Assembly: GCF_009914755.1 (NCBI RefSeq)
Contig: NC_060935.1
Strand: one strand, 5' to 3'
Origin: the human T2T-CHM13v2.0 reference genome, Homo sapiens
Length of the DNA: 64,000 nucleotides
Part shown: positions 52,751 through 64,000 of the stretch, in pieces
How the letters are laid out: each line of letters opens with the position of its first letter
How positions within the stretch are numbered: position 1 is the stretch's first letter
Program-made: the position numbers and the translations under genes
The notes under the pieces: generated by a model
The model's database searches: none
What the model saw: only the letters and a program-made list of their open reading frames with translations
Told to the model about the DNA's origin: nothing

Positions 52751-54252
52751 CAGTGTCAAATGATTCAGCAAATCCCAGCAATCATTTCTATCTCTGTCTT
52801 CCTTACTGGATTGTAAATTTTTTGAGGCCAAGACCATATCCTATTAATTCTCCTTAAAAACTAGTTCCTACTTCCATTTTGTCACATGTGACATAGCGGA
52901 TACCCAGGAAATGTTGCCATGTGAATATATATTTTTTTGATTTAACTCTGGGGATGAGGGCTTGGTGGTGGTGGGTATCACAGTGGTGAAGAATATAGAG
53001 AAGTCTAGGCTGGGTCTCTTGAGGAGCTTCCAGTGAGGAGGAAGAGACAAAAAACTGGCCAGACCATGGGTAATGGATGTAGTAAAGAGAAATTTAAATA
53101 CTCCTCTGAGGGTACTCAGTTGACTGGAGGCTTGAGCTAATTCTTCAGATGCATTTCGATGTCCTCCAGAAAGGCAGACAGTGGAGGAATTCCTTAGTGG
53201 ACAGTTGGTGAATGCCCAAGGCTGTGAAAAGTCAGAGTTGGGACTAGGGGAGTGGAAAAGGAGATGATGTTTGCTGGGAGAGTTGACCAGAAACCAGCCA
53301 CCCAGCTTTTGAGAATTGTGTTGAATAGTGATTGCATAGAATGGTCTTATCTGCTTCTTTTCTGCGAGATATAGAAAAAAGATTACCCTCTCTTTTTCTT
53401 TTTACATTATTGAGCTTGAGGCTTGCAAAGCTAATACCTACTTAGGACTGATTACTCTTAGATCAGAGGATGAACTGAAACCAGAATTCAAGAGCTCTGA
53501 TTTCTTCTCACTCTGTGAGTACCTTTAAGCCAGATTCATGGTATGAAGGCAGCAGCATAGCACCTCCATTGACCCACATGGGGGCCTGCCTTGGGCTTCA
53601 TCAGCCCTTTGGAGTCTCAGATCCCTCACCTGTTAAAGGAGAGTAATACTACCCACTTACCTTTTTGGGTTGTTGTGAAACACACATAAGACAGTATTAG
53701 GAGAAGTAAGGTCTGAGGGCTGGGCTTTGGACCCAGCGGCCCCTAGGTAGAGGCCTGTTGAATTGGATGACAGTGAACTTTGCAGCATTTCCTAACCTCA
53801 GAAGTTCAAGAGCAGGAGCCTGAGTGTTTTAGGTCCCTGGTATGGCTGTGGATTTCCAGGCATGCAGCAGCTCTGGGGCCCCTGCTTCCTACCCGCCAGT
53901 GGTTCCAGCTCTTTGATTAACTGAAAGGGAAATTTTTCTTGAGGAAGGGAAGGAGGTTTCTTTGTGGCCCAGGTCTAGCCATAGGGAATTTGAACACCTA
54001 GAGCTCTGTCCCAGTGGCCTTGGGAATTTAACAGCTTCTTCATTGGTGGAACCTTGGTTATTTGTGAAAAGTGAGCTTGCAGGGTTCTGAGGTAGACACT
54101 TAATTGATGTCTCCTGCCTCCTGCCTGTGTGCATGGTGGTATCTGTCACACTTCCATCAGCCACGAGAAGGTGAGTTTGTATTTCTATATAGATGCATGC
54201 CCTTGTGCATGCTTATTTAAATAACACTTGTTTGTGTGAATGTATGTACATA

Positions 54253-55376
<1,124 letters not shown>

Positions 55377-58325
55377 CACATAAACACCTGTGCATTCATA
55401 GGCAATCACAACTGCATATACTGAAACACACAAACACACCGCCATATATATTTTTAAAGAATTTGAAAGATCTAAGATGATATTAAATGTAGTTTAGTTT
55501 ACTTTTGTGTTGATCAAGTGTTACTAAGCTGTAATTAATTTAGTAAAGGAAATTAAAATGGGGATGTGGGGAAAATGTGACTCTGCCTAATTGACAAGAA
55601 TCTGGGGCCGTCCAGAAAAGCATTAGGGCCAGGCAGAAGTTGAAACCTTTGGGAAGTCTGGCCCAGGACTTTAAAAATGTTTTTTCCGGGTTAGAAATAC
55701 TGAGGGTTTCCATTCTAAAGGATGAAAAGGATCTTCTCCTTTCTCCTTAGCTAGCCAGTAGATTCTGTCTTCCTCTTATGTCCTCCAGTTCCTTTTTGGT
55801 TCATTCACTCTGAGTCTCGTCTGAATAAGCATTAGGGGAAGGGCTTCCTGGAGGATTCGAGAAGGGCAAGGAAGAAGTGGAAAAAAAGAAATCTTATCCC
55901 ACTGCTGTGGTTCTTTGTCATCCCTGGTCCCTGTCCTTGGCAGAATCACACAGCTACAAAGTGGTGGAATGTGTATTCCAACCAGACCTCTGTGTCATGC
56001 TCCCTACCAAACTCCCAACTCTTTGGGCTGATCTCTGCCCGCCCTCCTTGTCGCCTTTCCTGGTTCGATTTTTTTTTTTTTTTTTTGGGTGCTTACTGTG
56101 TGCTATGCACTGTTCTGGATTCCGGGGTTATAGCTGTGACCAAGGCAGACGTATGCTTGACATATGTTAACCATGAGGCATGTATCCCCTGGTCCCACCA
56201 CCACTCTGCTCCCCATGATTTCTATACATATATCTTTCTATCACAACAGTTACTGGGTTGCATTAGAGTTATCTCTTGGTGTATCTGCCTCTCTCACTGG
56301 ACTGTGAAATCTTTGAGGGAGGAGTTAGTTACTTTTCTTCATCTCTCCATCACAGAACCCTGCCTGAAGTTGGCTGCATGCTTGTTTAAGGCTAATTGAA
56401 CAAATGCTTGCATGCCTTTTATGACACACAACTAAATTGTGAGCAATCCAGGTACCTACCACTTCTGTGTCTCAGTTGGTCCGACAGAACTAGTACATAA
56501 TAGGCCATGTTTTATCCTCCAGCTAGACATCTAGAGAAGTAAATAAGCCTTCAAGTGCTTCATCACTATGTGTGAATTGTGAAGAAAAACTTTTATTAAA
56601 ACGTTAATATGATTGTGACAATTGTTTACTCTGGCAAGTAGTTTGCCTCTTGGATTCCTCTCTGTGAATCTGCCCATAATGTCCTGAAATTCCAAATGTG
56701 TCCTTTTCTCTTCCTCTCATTTACTATTTCTATTCAAAACTGGAATATGTGGACATGTGTACAGCCTTTTAAGACCAAAGGCTTTACGTTTTCTAGCTTT
56801 TTGTTTTGTTTTGTTTTTGTCATTGCCCTACCTAGAACAAACTTCAGGAAAGATAGGTTTGTACAGTAGTGGTGTATCTTAAGGTAAAAATGAATTCAAT
56901 TTTTTAAAGAAAAAATAGGGATTTAAAATGTTATTTGCATTTAAGCTTTTAGATATTTTGCTGAATTCAAAAAATTATTGTAAAGTGGGATACAAATAAT
57001 CACCTGTCCTCCTTTGAAGATGCAATTTATTAGTGATTGTCTTTAAATCTAAAAAATGTGCGTCTATGAATATTTATTGTATTCTAAGTTTCAGTTGCAG
57101 GCATAATCCTTAAAGCTTGTGAATGATGCTTGAATATATTAAATTTAGGATTTATATGAAACTTAATGGCCTTATGGAGTGCAGTAGGCTCCAGCTGGAA
57201 CCTAAGCTTTTGATTCTTATCCATTCACAAAGAAATACAGGTAAAGCAGAAATTTAAAAAGCAGAGAATGTCTCCTTGAAATGGCCAAATGAATCTTCTC
57301 TTTTTACTTTAAAAATTTACCTGTAATTTTCTTATAGGATCTCCTTTTGAAAAGTGCCTTTTAAAATAGCTGGGCAGAATTGTAATACCATCTTTTTTTA
57401 TTTTGTTAGAAATAGTCTTCTTCTTTGGAAACAAAAATGGTGTTAGAACATTTGTATCTATATGTATGTATTAAATATAGTCAATAATACTTTATGGGAC
57501 TTGAAGAAAAATTTAATTCTTGGGCAGTCCAGCTGTAAGCCAGGAGTCTACTTGTTCTGTTGGACAGGTGAATGAAGTAGAAATAGAATATTAATTTACT
57601 TTGAGAGCTATCTAAAAATGTCATGTTTCAACTCTCTTGTTTTCAGATGAGGAGACGGAGGCCTAGGTAGGGGGAAAAAAGGAATTGCTCAGTTACATTA
57701 TTGTTGTATCTTATCTTACCTAGCAGAAGTTAAAACTTCTCAGAGTCAGACTGTGTGTTTATACATCCCTATCTTTGCAGTTCACATAAGTCCTTAATAA
57801 GGATGGTATGACTAAAATCAATGAAAGACTAAGCAAAAAAAAAAAAAAAGTAATCATCTCAGGTCCTCAGATATCTTTTACCTGTGATATTTCTTGGTGA
57901 ATGAGTAAGACTCAAGACCTTAGGTTTGTGCAAGGACTTTGCTTACTGATGGAGAATTCCCAGACAGCTCACAAGCAAGTGTGTGTCCTCTACTTACAAC
58001 TGTCCCTTGTCATTTCAGCATTACCTGTTTGGAGCTGTTCCGCATTGGGTTTGCCCTAAAGCTAAATTTAAGTCATGTTGGCAGTCTTTTGTGCTTTTCA
58101 GTTGCAGCTCTATATTCTGGCAGCTTACAGCTTGTGGGGCTCAAGTCTGGATGTGCCTAGCTTATGCATGCCTTTTAGTGTCACTCTTACCATTTGCTTG
58201 GTAATTGGAGGGAAAAAAAGAGGAAACATTTTGCTCAGTAGCAAATCAAAAATTCTTTTCTCCTATGTGAAACATAAACCAAGAGTAAGGGTGGAGGTGT
58301 ATATAGAGAAGCATCGTAAGGGTGA

Positions 58326-58681
58326 TGTATTAGTCCATTTTTACGCTGCTGATAAAGGCATACCTGAGACTGGGTAACTTACAAAGAAAAAGAGGTTTAA
58401 TGGACTCACAGTTCCATGTGGTTGGGGAAGCCTCACAGTCATGTCAGAAGACAAAGGGCAGCATGGCGGCAGGCTAGAGAGAATGAGAGCCAAGCAAAAG
58501 GGGAAACCCCTTATATAAAACCGTCGGATCTCATGAGACATTCACTACCACAAGAACAGTATGGGGGAAATTGCCCCCATGATTCACTTATCTCCATCTG
58601 GGTCCCTCCCACAACATGTGGGAATTATGGGAGCTACGATTCAAGATGAGATTTGGGTGGGTACACAGCCAAACCATATCA
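58326..58681 (-). mobile_element. THE1B-like solo LTR (MaLR), antisense
   Basis: TGTATTAGTCCATTTTTACGCTGCTGATAAAG...GATGAGATTTGGGTGGGTACACAGCCAAACCATATCA. Confidence 0.92.
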
Positions 58682-59309
58682 GATGGTTAAGTAATTTATA
58701 TGGCAGAAATACATAGAATAAGAAATACTGTGCATGTACCAGCTGCCTTAAAGCATGGAAAATGGAGTAGGGGAAGAAAATCAATTACTGCCCTGTACCT
58801 TCTGAGCTGACCCCTAAGTATTGATAAAAATTTAGCATCAATAAATATTTAGCAGCCTTGAAGAATGTTTTCTAATTTTAGCCCAAAGAATAGGTGTCTG
58901 ACAAATTGATCAAATTGCAATTTAAACTTCTGTTCCTGTAAAGAAGAAAATACTCCTTTGATATCAAGAGAATTTGAAGAGGTGGCGTGTCTCAGCCCTT
59001 GCATCATGTTTGACACCTGAATCTTAGCCCCGGGATACCAGAAGGCAGGCACAGAACTTTAACTCTGTACATGTGTAGATTCTGCAAATCACCTTGTCCA
59101 CATATAGGATCTCCCTTTTTCTAGTAGAGGATGTGGCAAGAATCTTCCTGGGACTCATCTGTAGTTGGATGCTTTTCCTTTCAGTTTCAGATGAAAAAAT
59201 CTTTGAATTTTCTGTATTTACTTGCCTTGCTAATCACTCCTTAAGACAGCCTGGCATGTGGGCTCTGAAAATCAGAGCAGTATTCCAGCCCCTCCCTTTT
59301 CATCAGTTA

Positions 59310-59560
59310 ATTAATTAATTCTATATTTATTAAAGGTGATGTGTGCCAAGCCAGGTCCTAAAGACACACTCCAGTAAGACAAGGTTGCTGCCTTCATGGA
59401 GTTTGACACTGGGGAGATAGACTTGTTGATGGGCAGTTGGCAGAGGTGCTCTGATATAAGGGCATGGTGCTGTGGAAACAGGCACAGGGCAACTCAGCCT
59501 GACATAGGTATCCAGGAAGGCTCCATGGAGGAAGTGATAGCTCTGTTGAAATGAGAAGAT
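59310..59560 (-). mobile_element. L2 3' region, antisense
   Basis: TATTTATTAAAG...TGTGTGCCAAGCC...TGCCTTCATGGAGTTTGACA...CAGGAAGGCTCCATGGAGGAAGTGA. Confidence 0.7.
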
Positions 59561-59705
59561 GGTTGGAAAGATACAAGGGGTGACTCTGTGTATGTGTGAA
59601 GCATCTGTTGGAATATGAGTGCTCCAGCACTGAGAGTTATGTTTAGGTTACACTGTGAGTATAATTTGACTTGGTCTGATTGCTTTGCTTTGAGGTCTCA
59701 TTCTT

Positions 59706-59743
<38 letters not shown>

Positions 59744-59770
59744 AGTCATCTATCTCTGTCATCTATCTAC
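59706..59770. repeat. (TCTA)9 tetranucleotide STR plus degenerate units, at the tail of an antisense L1
   Basis: Nine perfect TCTA units at 59706-59741. Confidence 0.95.
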
Positions 59771-59771
59771 A

Positions 59772-60138
59772 ATCTTTTTAATTGTGATAAAGTACACATA
59801 AAAGTTACCATCTTCATTTTTAAGTGTACAGTTTAGTGGTATTAAGTGCATTGACATTGTTTTGCTATCGTCACCACCATCCATGCACGGAACTCTTTTT
59901 ATCTGCAAAACTGAAAATGTCTATTAAACAAGAACTCTCCATTCCTTCCTCCTCCTAGCCCTTGTCAACCACCATTCTACTTTCTGTGAATTTGACTACT
60001 CTAGGTACCGCATATGAGTGGAATCCTACTGTATTTGTCCTTTTGTGACCGGCTTAATTCACTTAGCATAATCTCCACAAGATGTATTCTTGTCATGGGT
60101 GTCAGAATTGCCTTCCTTTTCAAGGCTGGATAATATTC
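59772..60138 (-). mobile_element. L1MB-family 3' end, antisense
   Basis: TTTTTAAGTGTACAGTTTAGTGGTATTAAGT...CAACCACCATTCTACTTTCTGT...ATGAGTGGAATC...TTCAAGGCTGGATAATATTC. Confidence 0.88.
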
Positions 60139-60609
60139 AAGGTCCCATTTTATTAAAACCTCAAGCATATGTGAAATATTCACTGATCAACACATTAACG
60201 AGCTCTCTATTCCCTTTACTGATAAGTCATTCATGCATTTGTCCCTCTCTCCCTCTGTTACTGATTACATGTTAGGTGCCAGACATCGGGCTAGTTGCTG
60301 CAAATACAAAGAACACCTGTATCTACTCCCCATCCCAAATATTGGTCCATCAGGGAGAGAAGCCCAATGAATTATTAAACAGTATTAGTGAAAGAGTAGT
60401 TGTATGTATAAAGTACTGTGGGACTTAACAGGTAACACAAACAAAAGCTTCATGGGAAAGCCAAATAAGGCTTTACCAAAGAGGTAGCTATTGAATCGGC
60501 CTCTGAAGTATTTGTGGGAACTTTGTAGGTGGCGAGGAAAGGCATTTCAGATAAGAGGAACAGCATAACAGTGGCTTGGGAGTCTTGTCTGTACACATAG
60601 GCAGTCTTA

Positions 60610-60832
60610 TGTGGTGGTTATCAATTAAACTCTGGAGTCAGACTGTCTAGTTTTAAATCCTGGCTCTTCCACTTCTCTGAGTGATGAGGCAATTTATTTT
60701 CTTACCGTGCCTTAGTTTCCTCATCTCTAAAATAGGAATAACAGTAGTACTTTTCTCATAGTATTGTTATGGGTATTAAATGAGTCAGGACATACAAAGT
60801 GCTTAGAACAGGGTTCTCTAGAAGTGTTAGCT
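60610..60832 (+). mobile_element. MIR SINE
   Basis: CTCTGGAGTCAGACTG...AATCCTGGCTCTTCCACTT...GTGCCTTAGTTTCCTCATCTCTAAAATAGG...AAAGTGCTTAGAACAG. Confidence 0.8.
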
Positions 60833-60961
60833 ACTGTGATTGATTATTGCTAGTGTAATGTTATTGCTAGTGTAATGTTTGAGGGAATATCAAGTCATTT
60901 GGTCTACGTAAAATAGGATATAATGTGTGTATGTGAAAATTGTCACTAGACATAAAGTTGG

Positions 60962-61334
60962 TGTATTAGTCTGTTTTCATAGTGCTATGAAGACATACCT
61001 GAACGTGGGTAATTTATAAAGAAAAGAGGTTTGTCTCACAGTTCTGCTTGGTTAGGGAGGCCTCAGGAAACTTATAATCATGGTAGAAGACAAAACAGGT
61101 ACATCTTACATGGCGGCAGGAGAGAGAAGTGAGTGCCAAGCAAAGGGGGAAGCCCCTTATAAAACCATCAGATCTTGTGAGAACTCATTCACTATCACAA
61201 GAACAGCATGAGGGTAACTGCCCCCTGCCCCGTGATTCAGTTGCCTCCCACCAGGTCACTCCCACGACACATGGGGATCATGGGAACTACAATTCAAGGT
61301 GAGATTTGGGTGGGGACGCAGCCAAACCATATCA
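60962..61334 (-). mobile_element. THE1C/D-like solo LTR (MaLR), antisense
   Basis: TGTATTAGTCTGTTTTCA...GGGAGGCCTCAGGAAACTTA...CAGCCAAACCATATCA; perfect 5-bp TSD GTTGG 60957-60961 / 61335-61339. Confidence 0.92.
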
Positions 61335-61469
61335 GTTGGCGGTTGCCTCGGTGGATCCTGATGATAAAGGATTCAAGTATCCCCATATCTGTGACTTCTA
61401 AGCTTTCTTCTTGTATTCAAGGGCTTGAATGTCTGAACTTGTATCTGATGTTTACTTAAATTTTCTTTT

Positions 61470-62180
61470 TAAAAATATTGGAATCCTTTCTTAAAAATTG
61501 CAAAAACAATGGAACATTAAAAAAAGTATAAGACAGAAAACTGCAATATCACTGTCCTAACTTAGTAACTATTTCCTTTTTATTTTCATTTTGTGTAGCT
61601 ACATGCATAAAACTGGTTATAATCATGTAATTTTGCTTTGCTTTTAAAAATTCATATTCTATGAGAAATTTTCCCTTATGTTTTAGTTCATTTTAATTAT
61701 TCTTGTAAATGAATGCCCAGATTTCCTTTGCATTCATGTACTGTTTTTTTTAAGTCATTCTCTTCTTCATCATATTATAGTTGGTTTTATAATCTACATC
61801 TTTCTGCTCATAATTTTTGTCTTCTAATGAATTTTCTCTTTTTGATAAATTTCTAGGGTTAGGATTGCTAGGTCAAAGGATTTAAGCCTTTTGAGGCTCC
61901 CAATAAAGGTAGCTAATTGGATCTTCACATCCACACCACCAGCAGCATATTTTCTATGTCATATTCACTAGAGATGTGATTATAGTCTTTAAAGTCTTGC
62001 TGATTAAGAGGTTTAAAATAACCCCTTGAGTTTGCTTGAATTTGCCATTTTTCTCCCTCCTAGTGATCATGCATATTTTCCCATATGCTTATTCTGCTCT
62101 GTAATTGTCTATTCATCTCCTCTTTCTGGTTGTGTTCTTGATATTTTCCAATATAAATCTGGATTGTTTATTTACCTTAT
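61470..62180 (-). mobile_element. Ancient L1ME fragment, antisense
   Basis: GATAAATTTCTAGGGTTAGGATTGCTAGGTCAAAGG, TTCACATCCACACCACCAGCA, CATATTTTCCCATATGCTTATT. Confidence 0.6.
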
Positions 62181-62876
62181 TAGTTCTGTGTTGGAGAAAA
62201 ATGCAGGTTCAGGATATTAAAGAGGAGGTCAAAAAGTCTTTTTTCCCCCTGCCTTGCAGTAGCAAGGCTCTCATCCTTGCAGTTGTGGTTCTGGGAAAGC
62301 AGAAAGAAGCACAAGCTTTTGCCGTGTGCCAGAGCTCCTGGGATCACAGTGGCCAGAGTCTGGGCTCTCCAACAGCCTTGTTTTTCAGCTGCCTTGCTTT
62401 TCAGCAGAAAAATCATGTGGCTGTCTGTTACCTCAGCTTTAATTGTGTTTACACTTTGTTTAGAGGGCCTGGCCTGCTCCTTATGTCCCACAAGCACCTG
62501 ATACAGAGCCAGCACACAGTAGGCAGTTTCTTTTCACCCACCATAGATCAGAGGTTGGAATGCACCTTTCTTGACATCTTCATCTGTCTCCTGTCCCCTT
62601 TACAGCATGACTGTTTTAAGAGGTCTTGTAGCTATTCTTTGATTACCTCTAGTGATGGGAGGCTTACTGTCTCACAAATACATTTAGACTTTGAGTTCAA
62701 GGTGTGATGAACCTGGGTTTGAATTTCACCTTGACCACTGACTAGTGACATGATTCTGGACAAATAATATTTCTAAACTTCATTTTATTTATCTGAATAA
62801 CAGAGATAGTAATATTTCTACCTCTTGTAATTGTGATGAGGATGAAGTGAAATAATAAAAGTAAAGTTCTGGACTC

Positions 62877-63234
62877 TAAAGAAGTCAAACATAAAAAGTA
62901 GAGTAGAATGGTGGTTACCAGAGGTTTTGGGGGTGAGAGGGTGGGTAGGGAAAGGGGAGCTTGATCAAAGTGTGCAAAGTTTCTCTTAGGAGGAATAAAT
63001 TCTGGTGCATAACATGGTGACTGTAGTTAATAATAATTATGGTATATTTCAAAATGGCAAAAAGAAGAATTTAAATGTTCTTATCACAAAGAAATGATAC
63101 CTATTGAAGGTGATGGATATGTTAATTCATCAGATTGGATCATTCCACAATATATACATGTATGGAAATATCACATTGTACCCCATGAACATATACAACT
63201 ATTATTTATCATTCAAAAATAAAACTTTAAAAAA
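62877..63234 (+). mobile_element. L1MA-family 3' end inserted into a MIR
   Basis: GTAGAGTAGAATGGTGGTTACCAGAGG...ATGGTGACTGTAGTTAATAA...TCACATTGTACCCCATGAACATATAC; TSD-like AAAGTTCTGGACTC / AAAGTCTTGACTC; MIR pieces at ~62685-62870 and ~63255-63285. Confidence 0.85.
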
Positions 63235-64000
63235 GGAAAGTCTTGACTCCTACTCCTCACATAGTGTCAAGTAAATATTAGCTGTGAATATTAATTTTAT
63301 TTACTGATACAAGGTGTATTTCCTTAAACTTTTGCCATCTATTAGAATCTCAGTGATTTGGCAAAGAAGCCATAGCTCAGCCTCCAGCTCTTATAAGTGG
63401 CCTGGAATTTGGAGTATATTCTTCTGTAATGGAGATGTGGGAGGGTATTGTCTTTGAGCTGATTCCAGAGTGGCCTGTGGTCCAGCGGTGGGGCTGGGCA
63501 GTGCTGTAATACGTCCAGGCTAGCACCTTCTTGGTTTTCAGAGTCTGATTATAGAGACCTCTTGTTTGTCCTTCTCTTTCTTGGCTGGTGTTCTTGCCTT
63601 GGCATCCCTGATAGAAGATAGACAAAAACATTTAGAAGAAATGAAACTCTGATCCACATACTAGTTATCTGTTCCCCTCCGCAGAAAAGGGCTTAGTTTA
63701 GCAAAGAGAGGTAAAGGTAGAGATCATACTTCTAAATTCAAAGCAATATATGTCGAGCTTATTGACAGCACTCAATAAATGTTGCTTTTATTAATATTAC
63801 AGGTAAACCAATACGAGGGTGGCCTGGGCATAGGGTAGGCAGGACCTAACTCTTCTCTTATCCCCAGACTTTAGTATTTCAGTATTTTTGATGAGAATCT
63901 GATTAATGATCTGAAAGTTCCTCAAAGTCTCCTGTGATTTAAGCAGATAGCTTTTATCCTTGGGGAACCAATATAATTAGTATTAGAACTAGGTTCATGA

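Noticed and set aside
57632-57672. Possible 20-nt exon TTTCAG|ATGAGGAGACGGAGGCCTAG|GTAGG
   Set aside because: Lies in the MIR core motif (CAGATGAGGAAACTGAGGC) with a weak donor; expected by chance
58326-61334. Apparent full-length THE1 provirus (LTR-internal-LTR)
   Set aside because: The LTRs differ in subfamily, the second has its own TSD (GTTGG), and the intervening DNA contains L2, L1MB, MIR and an STR rather than THE1-int
62105-62707. Longest ORF (200 aa, +)
   Set aside because: Non-ATG start, begins in an L1ME fossil and ends in a MIR, has Leu/Phe/Cys/Ser-rich composition typical of T-rich non-coding DNA, and shows no recognisable domain

Overview
This is simian primate (most likely human) genomic DNA, as shown by AluY/S/J, THE1 and MLT1 LTRs, L1M/L2/L3/MIR and MER/Tigger fossils. 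I find no credible protein-coding exon, RNA gene or full CpG island. The listed ORFs are chance or repeat-derived frames. The + strand looks T/G-rich, all recognisable LTRs are antisense and strong + strand acceptors are scattered throughout, so the window is probably inside a very long intron of a gene transcribed on the + strand. I cannot identify that gene from sequence alone. The informative parts are the repeat-poor islands: about 0.7-1.45 kb (promoter/enhancer-like, ending in a splice donor), about 12.1-18.2 kb (CRE/AP-1/TEAD/ETS cluster, Z-DNA tract, candidate recursive splice site) and about 44.6-45.1 kb (CpG-retaining, homeobox-motif-rich element with a perfect 14-bp palindrome). Other notable items are a candidate RBFOX-flanked 10-nt microexon at 54161-54170, a 148-bp tandem duplication, a tight inverted-Alu cluster and several odd retroposition events. 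I cannot support a new biological system from this sequence. The findings are testable hypotheses, and repeat subfamily calls come from remembered consensus sequences, not a RepeatMasker run.
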